From the NCBI RefSeq assembly GCF_004010195.1, contig NC_057753.1, positions 4,081,656 through 4,145,655 of the forward strand: a stretch of DNA of 64,000 bases, in the 5' to 3' direction. The DNA is from Chiloscyllium plagiosum (Eukaryota). The translations under genes were made by a program, and so were the position numbers. The notes under the pieces are model-generated. The model did no database searches, was not told where the DNA came from, and saw only the letters and a list, made by a program, of their open reading frames with translations. Position 1 is the stretch's first letter. Every line of letters starts with the position of its first letter. Of this stretch, positions 36,111 through 50,029 are shown piece after piece.

Positions 36111-37282
36111 TGGGGCTAGTTCAGTTAACGCAAGATAAGCGAAAGGATGTGACCGTTGTGTACAGCTGATGTTCACAGCTAGACTTGTGGTCTCCATGTT
36201 GACTTACTGGACAAAATGAGATTCCTTGTAGGAAGAAACATTAGGGAAATTAATCAGTTTTCAGTAATCAGGAAGCCCTAAGCATTTTAATAAGGGCAGA
36301 TTATGTCCGAGTTTAGCTACTGTCCCAATTTTGTCGTTGGTTGAAAACTAAAAGGAAAATTTTTAATTCTACAGTAATCTGAACTATTTAAGTAATTGTA
36401 GAACTAGAAAGGGAAACAACAAGTTAGTGTCAAATGATGAGTTACATTTATTGTCCAAATGTTTCTCGGCAATAAAGAGGCCAAATGTATTATTAGGGGA
36501 TAAATGGGAAAAAACACTACCACCACAATAAACGTTGGTCAGATTGTACGAAGTGAGGTCACGACTCAGAGATATCAACGGTTGAAACTTAGGCGCAGTT
36601 GCAGATAATTCGTAAAAAAAAACTTACATCCAATGACCAAGGGGAAACGTGGCAAAGACAGATTACAAAATACAGAGTGAAAACATGATTATGTCGCCTA
36701 ATAGTTTGTAACGTCTAAGTGAACTTTCATTTAGTGGGTTGGTAAAGTAGTACAGCGTTTACTTTTCACTCTTCTGAGTAGAATTCGAATAAATACTTTT
36801 ATTAAGAAAAGCATTTAGAGTGGAAAGAGAAGTTTTATTTAAAATTAATCAGGTGCTAACAGATTAATTTTAGATATACAGATTGGAAAACGTGGCGAAA
36901 AAATGCTCATATCAATGTCAAATATAGTGACCTGTTAGGGTTAACAATAAAGCCTCAATGAACTATTTAAGCTTCAGACACGGTGGAGCATGGTCAATTA
37001 CCCCCTCTATGAAAACAAACTCAAGGGCAAAGTAACCTTGTACCAGACCAGCATTGTGACATGTCCAATAATCCAGAATTCAGGATCGTTTAAAACAGGA
37101 ATAATGATTTGTGTTGATTTGATTATTCAAAACTACAGCAGAACACACATGTTTTCCTAACCTAAGTTTTTAATTTTCTGGTCGTTACCGCACCCCAGAG
37201 CATGCTACTGATGTTGTTTTAAAAACTCACAGAAACATTTACTCGTCTAGAATGATACTAAAACTGCTTCCATTGGGTTTAT

Positions 37283-37873
37283 ACTTTATGTACAGGGCCC
37301 CTGGTGAGACCATACCCGGAGTACTGCGTGCAGTTCTGGTCTCCAAATTTGAGGAAAGACATTCTGGCTATTGAGGGAGTGCAGCGTTGGTTCACGAGGT
37401 CAATTCCTGGAATGGCGGGACTACCTTACGCTGAAAGATTGGAGCGACTGGGCTTGTATACCCTTGGGCTGAGAAGATTGAGAGGGGATCTGATTGAGAC
37501 ATACAAGATTACTAAAGGATTGGACACTCTGGAGGCAGGAAACATGTTTCCGCTGATGGGTGAATGCCGAACCAGAGGACACAGCTTAAAAATACGGGGT
37601 AGACCATTTAGGACAGAGATGAGGAGAAACTTCTTCACCCAGAGAGTGGTGGCTGTGTGGAATGCTCTGCCCCAGAGGGCAGTGGAGGCCCAGTCTCTGG
37701 ATTCGTTTAAGAAAGAGTTGGATAGAGCTCTCAAGGATTGTGGAATAAAGGGTTATGGAGGTAAGGCAGGGACAGGATACTGATTAAGGATGATCAGCCA
37801 TGATCATATTGAATGGTGGTGCAGGCTCGAAGGGCAGAATGGCCTACTCCTGCACCTATTGTCTATTGTCTAT
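37283..37873 (+). mobile_element. Young CR1 3' end
   Basis: Uninterrupted 159-aa ORF (YCVQFWSPNLRKD...FFTQRVVAVWNALP); tail ctattgtctattgtctat. Confidence 0.92.
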
Positions 37874-39389
37874 ATCCCCTTATTTAAGAAAGTATGGGAA
37901 GCTGAATCCAACTCCCATGTTGGACTGCAAAGTTAAACTCGTTGTGACGATATATCGACATATGTGCCTCTGCTTATCCATCACTGCAGAACTGAAAGAT
38001 GTTTTTGCATTTTCATTCAGCTTTCTTATCAAACGGATCACATCAAATTTCCGTGCATTAATTTGATCAACTATTTGTTTCTCCAATCTAGGGAAATTCC
38101 ATTTGAAATTGAACGCTACTCTTCCGACGGAATTCCATCACGGTTATTGCAATACACCAATAAGAAATGCATTTCTTTCATAGACTCCTGTAAAGCCGCA
38201 TGACCCACTGTCGTCTAAAGCCAATTTCTGTGATAAATGCTTAAAATTGTTTAATTTTACTTGACAACTTTAGGCACGTGCTGAAATGTCTTGTTAAATT
38301 CATTGTACTCAAATTTGTGAATTTTTCTTTTAATTGATTATTAACAAATAGCATTTTAATCACCATTGACGGTCAACACACAGCTTTCTCAAACATCTCC
38401 ACGTTTAATTTGACTAGTTAGTCAAGTTTGTCAGAAGAAATTGGTGCTTGCAAGTTTGCATTCATCAGTATTTCTTTATTAGAACATCAGCTCATAGGAT
38501 TTATTTTCCTGCCGAAAGCAAAACGCTGCTCGTCCTTTGTTGCATCGTGTTCATTAATTTATTTTCAAATTGATATTGCACTGTAAAGTTTTCAACATCG
38601 CAACTAATTGATAGATCATACATGTCCAAAAAAGGCTAAACTTTCCCTCCATGACCTCGGTTCTCTTTTATCTGAACCCGCTTAACTTTCTCCTTTTATT
38701 GCTGTCAAAATATTTCCGGTGCATATCCTTGTTGCTCTATATCTCCGTCTTGACTTTAACATCTGCAGATGTTTATTTTTAAAATACTGTTTTAGTGATC
38801 ACGCATGCTCTGAATTTTTGCATTTAGTTAATTTACATTTGAAGAGCAAAGCTACTTGTTAGTAATCCTAACCAATTGGATAAATGTCTAGGATGATTCA
38901 GTCTTTGTATTTGGATTTACAAAGAATGTACGAAGGATTTTCATCTGCCGGGAATGCTCGCATAAAGCAATAACTGTACAAGTTATGATTCTGCCATTTA
39001 AATAAATAGATGTGTTTAAAGATGGATATGCTTTAAAATTGACAAGAATTCCATAGAAAAAGAGTATGAAGACATACATAGTGTACATTCCAAGTTTAAT
39101 GAAATTCCTGTTCGGGATTACCACATGAAATATGCACAGTTGGTCGATTCAATGAGAAACTGTTTCTGTGGAGCATGAATGGTTCATATATTCTTTTTTT
39201 CTCTCTGCAAGCCCGAGAATAGAAACAAAGGGACTATGAATGGTGAAAACATACAATTAACGTGAAAATAAAAGAAAAACAGAGGTGCTGAATTAAATTG
39301 CACTCACCTTTTAAAAATGTGTGTTAACTGGTTTCAAATTGCAGACCCATTAGTTTCTCCTGTAATATATGTTGTTAAGGTCTACCATC

Positions 39390-39562
39390 TTCATTCCAAA
39401 GATGTGCAGTTAAGGTGATTTAGCCATGGTAAGTTGCCCATAGTGTTAGGTGCATCAGCACGGGGGAAACGGGTCTGGGTGGGATACTCTTCAGAGAGTC
39501 GGTGTGGACTAGGTGGGCCGAAGGGCCTGTTTCCGCACTGTAGGGAACCTAATTTAATCTAC
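39390..39562 (+). mobile_element. SINE 3' half
   Basis: ccaaagatgtgcagtt...gggccgaagggcctgtttccgcactgtaggg. Confidence 0.8.
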
Positions 39563-39884
39563 AACTCCCAGTAGTTTTGCATGATGTGGCAATATACCTT
39601 TGTCCTTATGGCTGCGCATTTGAGATCATTACTAAAGAGAAGTGACAGGTTTGCTTTTTATGTTAATCAAGGAAATGCAGACATGAAAGAAAAAAGATTG
39701 TTTCACGTCCATAAAGTCCATAATGTGATGACAAAAGAATACTTTCACAGCGAGGATGCCGTAAAATATAAACCATTATGTATAAATAATATTTCAGTGG
39801 ACATACAAGTACAGTACAAGCTCAGAACGCACTCGACAAAAACAGTGATTGTTGCAATTCGCAAATGAGACGAATTCCATTCTC

Positions 39885-39997
39885 AGGTGAAAATGAGGAC
39901 TGCAGACGCTGGAGATCAGTGTCGTAAATGCGATGCTGGAAAAGCAAAGCAGGTCAGGCAGCATGCGAAGAGCAGGAAAATCGACGTTTTGAGCAAA
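39885..39997 (-). mobile_element. Penelope terminal-repeat fragment
   Basis: gaggactgcagacgctggagatcag...gcaggtcaggcagc...aaatcgacgttt. Confidence 0.7.
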
Positions 39998-40468
39998 GGT
40001 TTGGACGTATCAGGTGACAAAGTTGACGAATGGAATGTTGTGATTCTTGCAGAAGTGGCGTTCTCCAGGCTCATGTCAAGGTTAACGGAAACTATCTGAT
40101 CGACCGGAAGAATCAACATCTCCCTCACAGTATTATCAGGGGATTCAGAATACAAAAGCGTCAGTGAAAAAAAAAACATTCTGCAGATTAATTCTGTCGG
40201 TTTGGAGCTGGTTATCTGTAATCCCATATGTTTGCCAATGCTTTTTTTCCTTGATAACAAGGTAGTGGATTCGTGGTTGGTGGGGATGTTTGTGAAGATA
40301 CAATCGCTATTCCTTGCTTTTTCTGAAAAGGGTAGCATTGCTCGAAATTGTTTTTTGTCTAATTACCGAAGCATTCATTCTCTCCCTTTCTTACATCACA
40401 GATGAATATGGATATGGAAGAAAATATAGCAATTACAGACCACGTTTGATGATATTAAAGGTCAACGT

Positions 40469-40474
40469 TTTATT
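40469..40474 (-). terminator. Candidate polyadenylation signal AATAAA for gene B
   Basis: About 110 nt downstream of the stop, similar spacing to gene A. Motif only. Confidence 0.35.
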
Positions 40475-40583
40475 ACACAATCTCCAGGAAGTTGGAAATA
40501 ATGATTTTTTAGACCTCACAAGTTAAGAGTGATCAATCAAGTGAAACAGCAAAGAGGAAGTTGAATGTACGAGTAACTTACTT

Positions 40584-41503
40584 TTAGTATTTTAGACACT
40601 TATAGAATCTAACAAAGAGACTTAGTGAATATTTCACTCCATTCTTTAATTCATCCCTGACTTTACCCTGTATTCCTGCATAAATAAAAGGGTTTATGCA
40701 AGAACTGAGCAACTGCAGCATAAATCCGCTTTCTTCCAGAATAAAGTTAGAATCATTGAAATTTGAACCTGAGAAGTAATTAATATCTGCAATTCGGACA
40801 AAGACAACTGTTGCAAAAAACAACAAATACAACAAGATGAAGCTCCCGGAGATGCTAAAGAGTAAAGCAATGGACTTCTTCCGCTTCTCGATCTCAGGGT
40901 CACTCTGATTCTTCACAGTCTTCTGAACCCAGAGCCTCTTGCGGGCTCTATTCGCTATTAGAATGTTTTTGATAGTGAGAGCATTGAGCAGTAATATTAG
41001 AACAAAGGGGAGACAAGGCGTTAAAATTGTAAGAATCCAGTCATAAGTGGCCCATACAAGTGACGTATAAAATGTTGATTTTATGCTGCAGAACCAAGGT
41101 ATGCTTTTGGCTATGTACACTGGTTCATAAATAAAATATAAGAATACATTAACCAAACTGCTCAGTGTGTAGACGACTGCGACCACGCGCACTGCCATTC
41201 TCTTGGTGCAATATTTAATTTTGAGCTTTTGACAACAAATGGCCACAAATCTGTCAAAGGTGAAAGCGACAGTTAACCATACTGACATGCTGAAAGTTCC
41301 ATAGTTCAGGACAGAACGAAGACTGCATAATGGCGTGATGGACAGGAAACTGATCGGAAAAAATATGCCAGCGATTCGGTTTAATATCACAGCGGTGGTA
41401 ATGACCAGGAGATCCGCCACTGCTATTGACACCAGGTAGTAAATGATGCATCCAGAAAGACCACATGTTTTTCGGTACAGGATTATGATCACTGCTAAGT
41501 TAG
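40584..41503 (-). CDS. Orphan class A GPCR gene B, coding exon 2 (full protein 329 aa)
   Basis: Acceptor tccttttctgttctag|CTAAC (AG at 41505-41504); 70+920=990 nt, in frame. IAVADLLV, TFDRFVAICCQKLK, NPFIY. Paralogue of gene A (211/326 identities by manual ungapped count). Confidence 0.93.
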
Positions 41504-42029
41504 CTAGAACAGAAAAGGACAAAATAAAAGAGCAGAATTAGTGTGAGAGCAAGAGCAGGGAAATTATCTGTCCAATGCCAGCAAACATTTTCCAGGTCAT
41601 GGAAATACTTTGTAGAAATATTCTCTAATTGTCTGTTCTCTTCAATCTATGTCTGTTGTAAACATCTCTGTTAAAATTTATACAAAACACTTACCTTAAA
41701 ATGTGAAAATTTAGAATAACCATAACAAAGAATAGCCAGCTTAAAAAAAAATCCTACGGGGCCGAGCAACTGGTGTAACATAACGTTAGCACGTATTCCA
41801 ACTGATAATCGAGATGATAAAGAATATGACATGCAACAATTTGTTCAATCAACTATTCAAAGGCATTTCAACTTCAAGAAGGGAATTGTGCACGCAAGTT
41901 TGTTTCTAACTTTGAAAAGGGGATGTTTGTGTGTTGTTAGTTAAAGCAGAAAGCTCTTTCAACACCTACCTATCATCACGGTCTGAATTACTGAATTACT
42001 GAATTATTGCAGCTGTCCAAAACACTGGT

Positions 42030-42525
42030 GTTACTGTAATTGGAGTTCTGGTCACCGCATCATACGCAGGATACAGAAGCATTGGAAAGGGTGCAAAATA
42101 TGCTGTCTGGTATGGAGGGAAGGTCTTATGCGGAAAGCCTGAGGGTTTTGAGGCTGTTTCGTTCGAGATAAGAAGGTTATGTGGAGACTTAGTAGAGATA
42201 TACAACATGATCAGAGGAGTAGATAGGGTGGGCAGTGAGAACCTTTTTCTTCAGATGGTGATGACTCGCACGAGGAACATAGCTTTAAATTGAGGGGTAA
42301 CAGACATAGGACAGATGTCAGAGGTAGGTTCTTTACTCAAAGGGTAGTAAGGCGTGGAATGCCCTGCCTGTAACAGTCGTGGACTCTCCAACATAAAAGG
42401 ACATTTAAATGGTCATTGGGTAATTATGTGAATGATAATGGAATAGTGTAGGATAGATGTGTTTCAGATTGGTTTCACAGGTCGAGGACCGAAGGGCCTG
42501 TACCATGATATATGTTCTATGTTCT
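42030..42525 (+). mobile_element. CR1 3' fragment in gene B intron
   Basis: Similar to 17100-17616; tail atgttctatgttct. Confidence 0.8.
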
Positions 42526-42766
42526 GCCTTCTGTAGGTTACTCTGCAGACTTGTGAGCCACAACGATTCGGAAGAAACTTGTCTGTCACTAACGCTGAAA
42601 ATAAGGGTCTGAGAACAGGCACTGCACTGGAGTAAGTTCAGACGCCTATGAATGGATGCACTGACGAGCCATTGTCCGTGATGTGTAAATGTGTGGAATG
42701 TGTTGAGCAAATTTGTTAAGTTGCTCGATCAAATAAGCTCAAAAGATTGTGCGGCTGTGCAGATAT

Positions 42767-43582
42767 TGGTATGACAAGTAGACAAAACCCAAATTAACTA
42801 AACCAAACAGCCAGAAAAGCTCACCTCGTCTCATAATCTGTTAAAATATGAGTGACAGAGAACTCCCAAATTCCACCGTTTAAAGAAAATAACATCATTT
42901 TTTTCTAATTCGAAAAGTGAAAATTAAACAAAAACAATTTATTAATCTAAGGCCCACCCCTTCTCTTCGCTGCTGCCTGTCCAACTCCAACTCTCAAAAA
43001 ATGATATGTGGTTCCAATAAGACACTTCTTTAAATTATATTAACTTAATCTAAAAACCACACAGTTTCTGTTTTCTTCTGTGTCTTCAGTCTTCCAGCTG
43101 CTGATCTCCCCGCGTGGTCTTCGTTCTTTTGACTGCGTGTAGGTTTCACATGAAAACGTACCTTTGAAGTTGAGTGTTTTCTAATGTCTTTGCGAGCAAG
43201 GTATTATATTGGCAGTTGGCTACCTGGCTCTACGGTAGTTGCTTTCCATTTAATTTTCAATATACTGGATTGATATACCCAACATGATGCTTTAATGTCT
43301 TATCATTTGGTTGGTTTCCAGATTTTGCAACAATCAAATTCAAACTCCATTGGCTCTAGTATTGCCGGCATAATTTGAAGCAGTTGGTTAATTTTGAATT
43401 GCTGTCAACATAACAACCACAACTCAAGTATCCATTTCACAATCAACTGTGCCATATTTTCAATTTTCCAGTACATTCTGAGGCTGCCACCATGTTGTAT
43501 CCAGTGGTGTTTGTAATCTCTCAGTTCATTACGGCATTCAGTCTCACTTAAAGGTATAGTACACTCTTTCAACTTCATAACA
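42767..43582. mobile_element. Solo LTR (Gypsy-type), about 816 bp
   Basis: Termini TGGTATGA...TCATAACA (TG..CA, imperfect inverted ends), flanked by 4-bp TSD atat at 42763-42766 and 43583-43586. Confidence 0.65.
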
Positions 43583-43904
43583 ATATTGGAAAACTATATC
43601 AAAAGAAATACCTCACTGCATGTCCAATATGTTTGAATGCTTGCGATTTTTCCAGCTTATCGAGCAAACTTGCAACCATGTTCGAATACCTGGCGTACAG
43701 CAAAGATAACAATATTCTGTGTTCAGGGCAATTATTCAGAGAAATATTGGGCTTCATTTCAGAATTTTGTTTTAAGGCGTTAGGAGATTATTCTACATTC
43801 GAATTGCCTCGAAGAACAAGAAAAGTAAAAAAAAAGAGAGAACGTTTTGGAGAAAGCAGGTCTGGCAGCATTTTTGGAAGGATCAGAAGGGTCAACAGTT
43901 CAAG

Positions 43905-45995
43905 TCATAGTCATGGAGTTAGACAGCAAGGAATCAGATACTTCACTCCAATTCGTGCCCAAACACCAGATAACCTGAATTAGTCTGGTCCCATTTGCCA
44001 GTATTTGGCCTATATCTGTCGTAACCCTTCCCATTCATATACCCATTCAGATGCCTTGTAATTGTTGTAATTGTATCAGACTCATCCCCTTGCTCCGGTA
44101 AAAATAATGACTGCAGATGCTGGAAACCAGATTCTGGATTACTGGTGCTGGAAGAGCACAACAGTTCAGACAGCATCCGAGTAGCCGTAAAATTGGCGTT
44201 TCGGGCAAAAGCCCTTCATCAGGAATACAGGCAGAGAGCCTGAAGGGTGGAGAGATAAGTGAGAGGAGGGTGGGGGATGCCCTGGGATTGAAGTGTTCCG
44301 AGGTGGAAGATGAGGCGTTCTTCCTCCAGGCGTCTAGTGGTGAGGGAGCGGCGGTGAAGGAGACCCAGGACCTCCATGTCCTCGGCAGAGTGGGAGAGGG
44401 AGTTGAAATGTTGGGCGACAGGGTGGTGTGGTTGATTGGTGCGGGTGTCCCAGAGATGTTCCCTAAAGCACTCTGCTAGAAGGCATCCAGTCTCGCCAAG
44501 ATAGAGGAGACCGCATCGGGAGCAACGGATACAATAAATGATATTGGTGGATGTGCGGGTAAAACGTTGACTGATGTGGAAGGCTCCTTTAGGGCCTTGG
44601 GTGGAGATGAGGGAGGAGTTGTGGGCACAGGTTTTGCAATTCCTGTGGTGGCAGGGGAAGGTGCTAGGATGGAAGGGTGGGTTGTCGAGGGGCATGGACC
44701 TGACCATGTAGTCAAGGAGGGAACATTCTTTCCAGAAGGCGGAAAGGGGTGGGGAGGGAAATATATCCCTGGTTTGAGGTGGCAGAAATGTCGGCGGGTG
44801 ATTTGGTTTATGCGAAGGTTGGTAGGGTGGAAGGTGAGCAGCAGGGGCGGTAGCTCATTCCATGCGCACAACTCCCTCTGTCTGAAAAAAAACCCAGGTT
44901 ACTTTTAAGTAAGAGGAATGGTTAGTAACCTTGCAGATAAGAGCACAATTGGTTGTGTAGTAGGCAATGAAGAGGGTTATTCTCGCATCTTAACTCCCTA
45001 GTTTTGGACTCCCCTATCGCGAGGAAAAGGCCCTTTCCATGAATTGCACTATTTTATAAACTTCTATAAGGTCACCTCTGAAGCCCCCAACACGCAAGGG
45101 AAAACCACAGTTTATTCTGCCTCTCCCTATAACTCAAAACTTCCAATCCTGACAACAGCGTTATTAATCTTTTCACACTTCCAAGTTCAATAACATATTT
45201 CCTAAAGTAGGGAGACTAGAATTTAATGCAGTATTCTATAAATGGCCTAACCAATGTCCCGTATAGCTGCAAAATAACATTCCAAAAGCTATATCAATGC
45301 ATTCTCAATAAAGGCAAGTTATCTAAATGCCTTCTTCACTATCTTCTTCACTGCACTCTATTTGCAATTCCAGTTTCAAGCAACTCTGGATTTGTACCAC
45401 AAGGTCTCTTTGTACGGTAACACTCCCCAGGACTCTTCCATAACATACATACGTCCTGTCGTGATTCGCCTTAATAAAATGTAAGAGCTCAGATTTATCT
45501 CAATTAAACTCCAGCTGCAACGTCTCAGTCCATTCACCCATCTCATCAAGGCCGCACTATACCCTGAGCTAACTCTCTTCACTATCCAACAAGTTTGGTG
45601 TCATCGACAAACTTACGAACCATTCCTTTTATAATTTACATTCAAATCATTTATATAATTAACAAAAAGCAGTGAACCCAGCACCGATCCTTATGGCTCA
45701 CGACTGGTCACAGGCCTTCAGTCCGAAATGCAAACCTCCAACACTACCATCTGTCGCCTACCTTCAAACCCGTGTAACATCAAAATGGCTAGCTTTCTCT
45801 GGATTTCATGTGATTTAACCTTGCTAACCAGTCTATCATGTGGAATCTTTTCGAATGCCTTGCTGATATCCACACAGACAACTTCCACTGCTCTGCCTTC
45901 GTCAATTTTCTTTGTCAGTCCTTCGAAAAAAAACGACCTAGTTAGTACGACACGATTTCCCACGCGCAAATTCGTATTGACTATTTCTAATCAGT
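43905..45995 (-). mobile_element. CR1 RT/3' fragments interrupted by Penelope
   Basis: CR1 tail at 43905-44095 resumes at about 44851; IDEGRAVEVVCVDISKAFEKIPHDRL at about 45850. Confidence 0.75.
44101..44850 (-). mobile_element. Penelope-like element 3' part with GIY-YIG endonuclease and terminal repeat
   Basis: ORF 44219..44707: FPCHHRNCKTC, NIIYCIRCSRCGLLYLGETG, FREHL, PVAQHFNS; hammerhead-like motif at 44195-44226. Confidence 0.9.
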
Positions 45996-48945
45996 CATTG
46001 CAAAAGGGAAAAGGTGATGAAGTGGCATTGCCATCTAAAGCTGTAGGAAATTAGCACAATTTTTAGAAAGGATATTGGTCCTGAGAATGTGGAGTCTGTA
46101 TGGGTAGAGTTGAGAATTACCAAAGGGCAAAAAAACGGGTTGGTGCCATATATAGACTTACAAACAGCAGTGGTGATGTTAGGCATGGCATTAAATGGGA
46201 AATTAGCAATGCATGTGATAAGGTAATATCTGTGATCATGGGTGATTTTGATCTGCAGATAGTTTGGGCTAATCAAATTAGGCACAATGCCATCGAGGAG
46301 GAATTACTGGAGTGTACACAGGATGGTTTTCTTAACCAATATGCCGAGAAACTAACGAGAGAGCAGTCCATCTTGACTGGGGTTTGTGCAATGATAAAGA
46401 AATCATTGCCAATATAGCTGTGCCAGACCCCTTGGGAATGAGGATAACATGACAGAATGTTTTATCAAGATGGAGAGTGAGGTAGTTGATCCAGAGACTA
46501 GGGTGTTGAATCTTACTAAAGAAAACTAAGAGGATATGAAGCGTGCATTGTCTTTGATTGATTGGGGAGAGCTATGTAAAGGGATGACAGTGGATATACA
46601 ATAGCAAAACTTCAATGAACATATGGGGTAACTGCAACAATTCTTATTCCTGTCAGGCATAAATACAAAATGGGTAAGATGTCCAATCCATGGTTCACAA
46701 ATGAAACTGGAGACAGTTTCTGATCCGATGAAGATGCATATAGAATGACCAAGAAAAACGTAATAGGCCTGAGGACTGGGAGCATATTAGAATGCAGCAA
46801 AGAAGGACCAAGGGATTGATTAAGTACGGGAAAATACAATAAGAAAGTAAACTTGTCGGAATATAAAGATTGACACGAAGACTTGCTATAGGCACATGAA
46901 GAGAAAGATTGTTGAAGATAAATGTAGGTCCCCTACAAGTAGAAATGAGGACAAAGAAATGACTGAGTAACTGAATACATACTTGGGTTCTGTCTTCACA
47001 AAAAAAGAAATACAAATCAAATAAAAATGTTGGCGAATTGAAAATTTACTGAGAGGGAAGAACTGACTGAGATCAATATTAGCAGTGAAATGGTGCTTGG
47101 AAAACTGAGGGGATTGAGGGTGGATAAATCTCCAGGGCTTGATCATCTTCATCCCAGAGTACTTAACGAAGCGGCTCCAGAAAAAAATGGATGCATTGGT
47201 GTTCATCTTCTGAATTTCTATAAACTCTGGTTCAATACCTGCAGATTGGAGGGTAGCTAATTTGACTCCAATATTCAAAAAGAGAGGTAGAGGTAAACCA
47301 GGGAATTGTAGACAAGTAGGCCTAACATTTGTAGTGTGGGAAGTTATGGAGTCCATTATCGTTAGAGTTGAGCATTTGAAAAAGCAGTCGTAGGATCGGA
47401 CAGTGTCAGTATGAATTCATGAAGGAGAAACCACTGTGAACAAGTCTTATGGAATTCTATGAAGATGTAACTCGTAGACATTATGGGGGGGGGGGGGGGG
47501 CAGTCGATGTGGAATATTTGGACTTTCTGAAAGCGTTTGTCAAAGACCCAAATAAGATATATTTGTTTAAGACTTTCTTTGGGGACGGATAGAAAACTGG
47601 TTAGATTAGATTTCCTAAAGTGTGGAAACAGGCCCTTAGGCTCAACAATTCCACACCGACCCTCCAAAGAGTAACCCACCCAGACCCATTTCCCTCTGAC
47701 AAGTGCACCTAACACTATGGGCAGTTTAGCGTAGCCAATTCACCTAACTTGCACATCTTTGGACTGTGGGAGGAAATTGAAACACCTGGAGAAAACCCAC
47801 GCAGACATGGAGAGAATGTGCAAACTCCACACAGACAGTTGCCCGAGGCTTGCAGAGAGAAAACAAAAGAGTAGGAATTAATGGTCCTTTTCAAATTGGC
47901 AGGTTGTATCTAGTGGGGTACCACAGGTATCTGTGCTAGGACCTCAGCTGTTCACCGTATATATATATATACATATACAAATGAGTTGGATGAGGGAACA
48001 AAATATACCATCTTAACGTTTGCAGATGATAACAAGTTGAATGGGAGGGTGCACTGTGACGAGAATATAGAGATAATTAAGCATGGTCTGTACAGTTTGA
48101 GTGTGTGGCCAAATCAGTGGCAGGGGCAGTATAATTCAGATAAATGTGAGGTTATTCACTTTGGAAGCAACGACAAGAGGGCACATTATCATCTGAATGG
48201 CCATAAATTGATAGAGGAAAGTGTATAGTGGAACCTGGGTGTCCTTGTGCACCGCTCGCTAAAGGTAAGCATGCAGGTGCAGCAGGCATTAAAGAAGGCA
48301 AATGGCACATTGGTGAAGTTTTGAGTACAGGAGCAGGTAGTGTTGAAGCAGTTACACAGGGCCTTGGTGAGGCCAGACTTAGAATATTTTGTGCAGTTTT
48401 GGTCTCCATTCCTGAGGACGGAAGCTCTTGTTCTTGAGGGAGTGCAGTGAAGGTTCACCAGGATGATTCCAGTAACTGCGGGTCTGACATATGAGGAGAG
48501 ATTGACTTGATTCTGAGTATTTTCGAATGGAGTTCAGACGAATGGGAGGTGGGAGGATCTCATAAAGACTTATCAAATTTTAACAGAACTACACAGTATA
48601 AATGCAGTAAGGATATTCCAAATGGTAGGTGTGTCTGGAACAATGGGTCTCGGTCTGAGAATTTGTGGTAGATCATTTACAATGGAGATCAGGAGACATT
48701 TCTTCACCCAAAGAGTAGTGAGCTTGTGGAAATCACTACCACAGGAAACAGTTGATGCTGAAACATTGAAGGTGTCCAAAAGTGGCGAGATACAGCACTT
48801 GGGACAAATGGGACATTAGGATTAGAGGAGAGAGCAGGATTAGGTTATTGAGTCGGACAGTCGGCCATGATCGGGATAAATGGCGGAGCAGGCTGGAAGG
48901 AGTGGATGCCTCCTCCTGCTCCTGTATTCCATGTTTCTATGCTGC
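45995..48945 (+). mobile_element. Degenerate CR1 ORF2 (EN to 3' tail) with SINE inserted at about 47600-47850 (-)
   Basis: VIMGDFD, GFLNQY, ILTFADDNKLNG, FFTQRVVSLWKSLP. Confidence 0.85.
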
Positions 48946-49729
48946 ATTTCAAATAGATTTAAAGTACTTGCCTATCACCATCATAATAGTCCTGATGCCA
49001 AATTCGAACTTAACTTAGACATCGGTTCTCTTCTTTCCCATAACTGTTGGAAAACAAATAGAATTTTGATCCAGTCCGATATAACTTTTCAACAGGATGT
49101 CAACAGGATGTCAACAGAACGACAGGAATTCTTTGAATGAATCAGATCGGACTCAAACCAGTAGCAGAGTTTGACGCCCCACGCATTTGATCACAGTTAA
49201 TAAGCTTCTCTAGGAGTTTCTGCGTTTATCTCAGATTTCTGGTTTTTGGAGTATTTCATGTTAATTAACGCTGGAAAAGTACCAAATCAACATTGATTTT
49301 GAAGATAACACGAGAAGGTGAGGATGTATCAAAACTAATTAGTTTCATAATAGAACAGACGAAGAAACATAAAAATAGAGAGAACAGATCTCATTAATTC
49401 AATCGTCCCAGTAAAGAACAGGATCAAAATAATTTAAAAGGCCGACTATGAAGACGTACATGAATTGTTTCAAGGAATTCCTGATAACAACTTATTACAG
49501 TCCAATGAAGAAGGAGGTATTGCAGGACCTGACTCCAATTTTAAGTTTGTCAGCAAAAAGCTGATGCTAATCTTAGAATCGTAAAAGAATACAATTCTAG
49601 CCTCATAACTATTGACGCACTGTTGGAAAGATGATAAAGTAGTTTAATTTTTTTGGTTACAAATGTAAAGTGCATTACCTCCGCAGGGTGAAGATAAAAC
49701 TGTCACAAGTAAATAAACAAAGATTGACA

Positions 49730-49900
49730 AGGCGAAAGTAAGGACTGTAGATGCTAGAGATCAGAGTCAAGATTACAGTGGTGCTGGAAAAGCCCTTCAT
49801 CCTGATGAATGGTTCCTGCCTGAAAAATCTATTTTCCTGCCCTCGGATGCTGTCTGACCGGCTGTACTTTTTCAGCACCACTCTAACCTTGACTCTAATT
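49730..49900. mobile_element. Short Penelope-derived insert with inverted arms
   Basis: Perfect 11-bp TSD aaagattgaca at 49719-49729 and 49901-49911; degenerate cctgatgaa...gaaa core. Confidence 0.75.
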
Positions 49901-50029
49901 AAAGATTGACAGCCAAGTGTTTTAAATCGCAATGGCTTCTCTATTGTTGTTAAATAAATTACTTTGGTGGAATCGAATTAAAGTTTCGCATATTGAAAAT
50001 TAAACACAAAGATGGAAGCGTACTGTTAG

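Noticed and set aside
41504..41522. ORF-track start (MSFSVL) for gene B, and the GTG start at 19883 for gene A
   Set aside because: The gene B start lies in the intron polypyrimidine tract and the gene A start is an internal Val codon; TM1 is completed by the 70-nt upstream exons.
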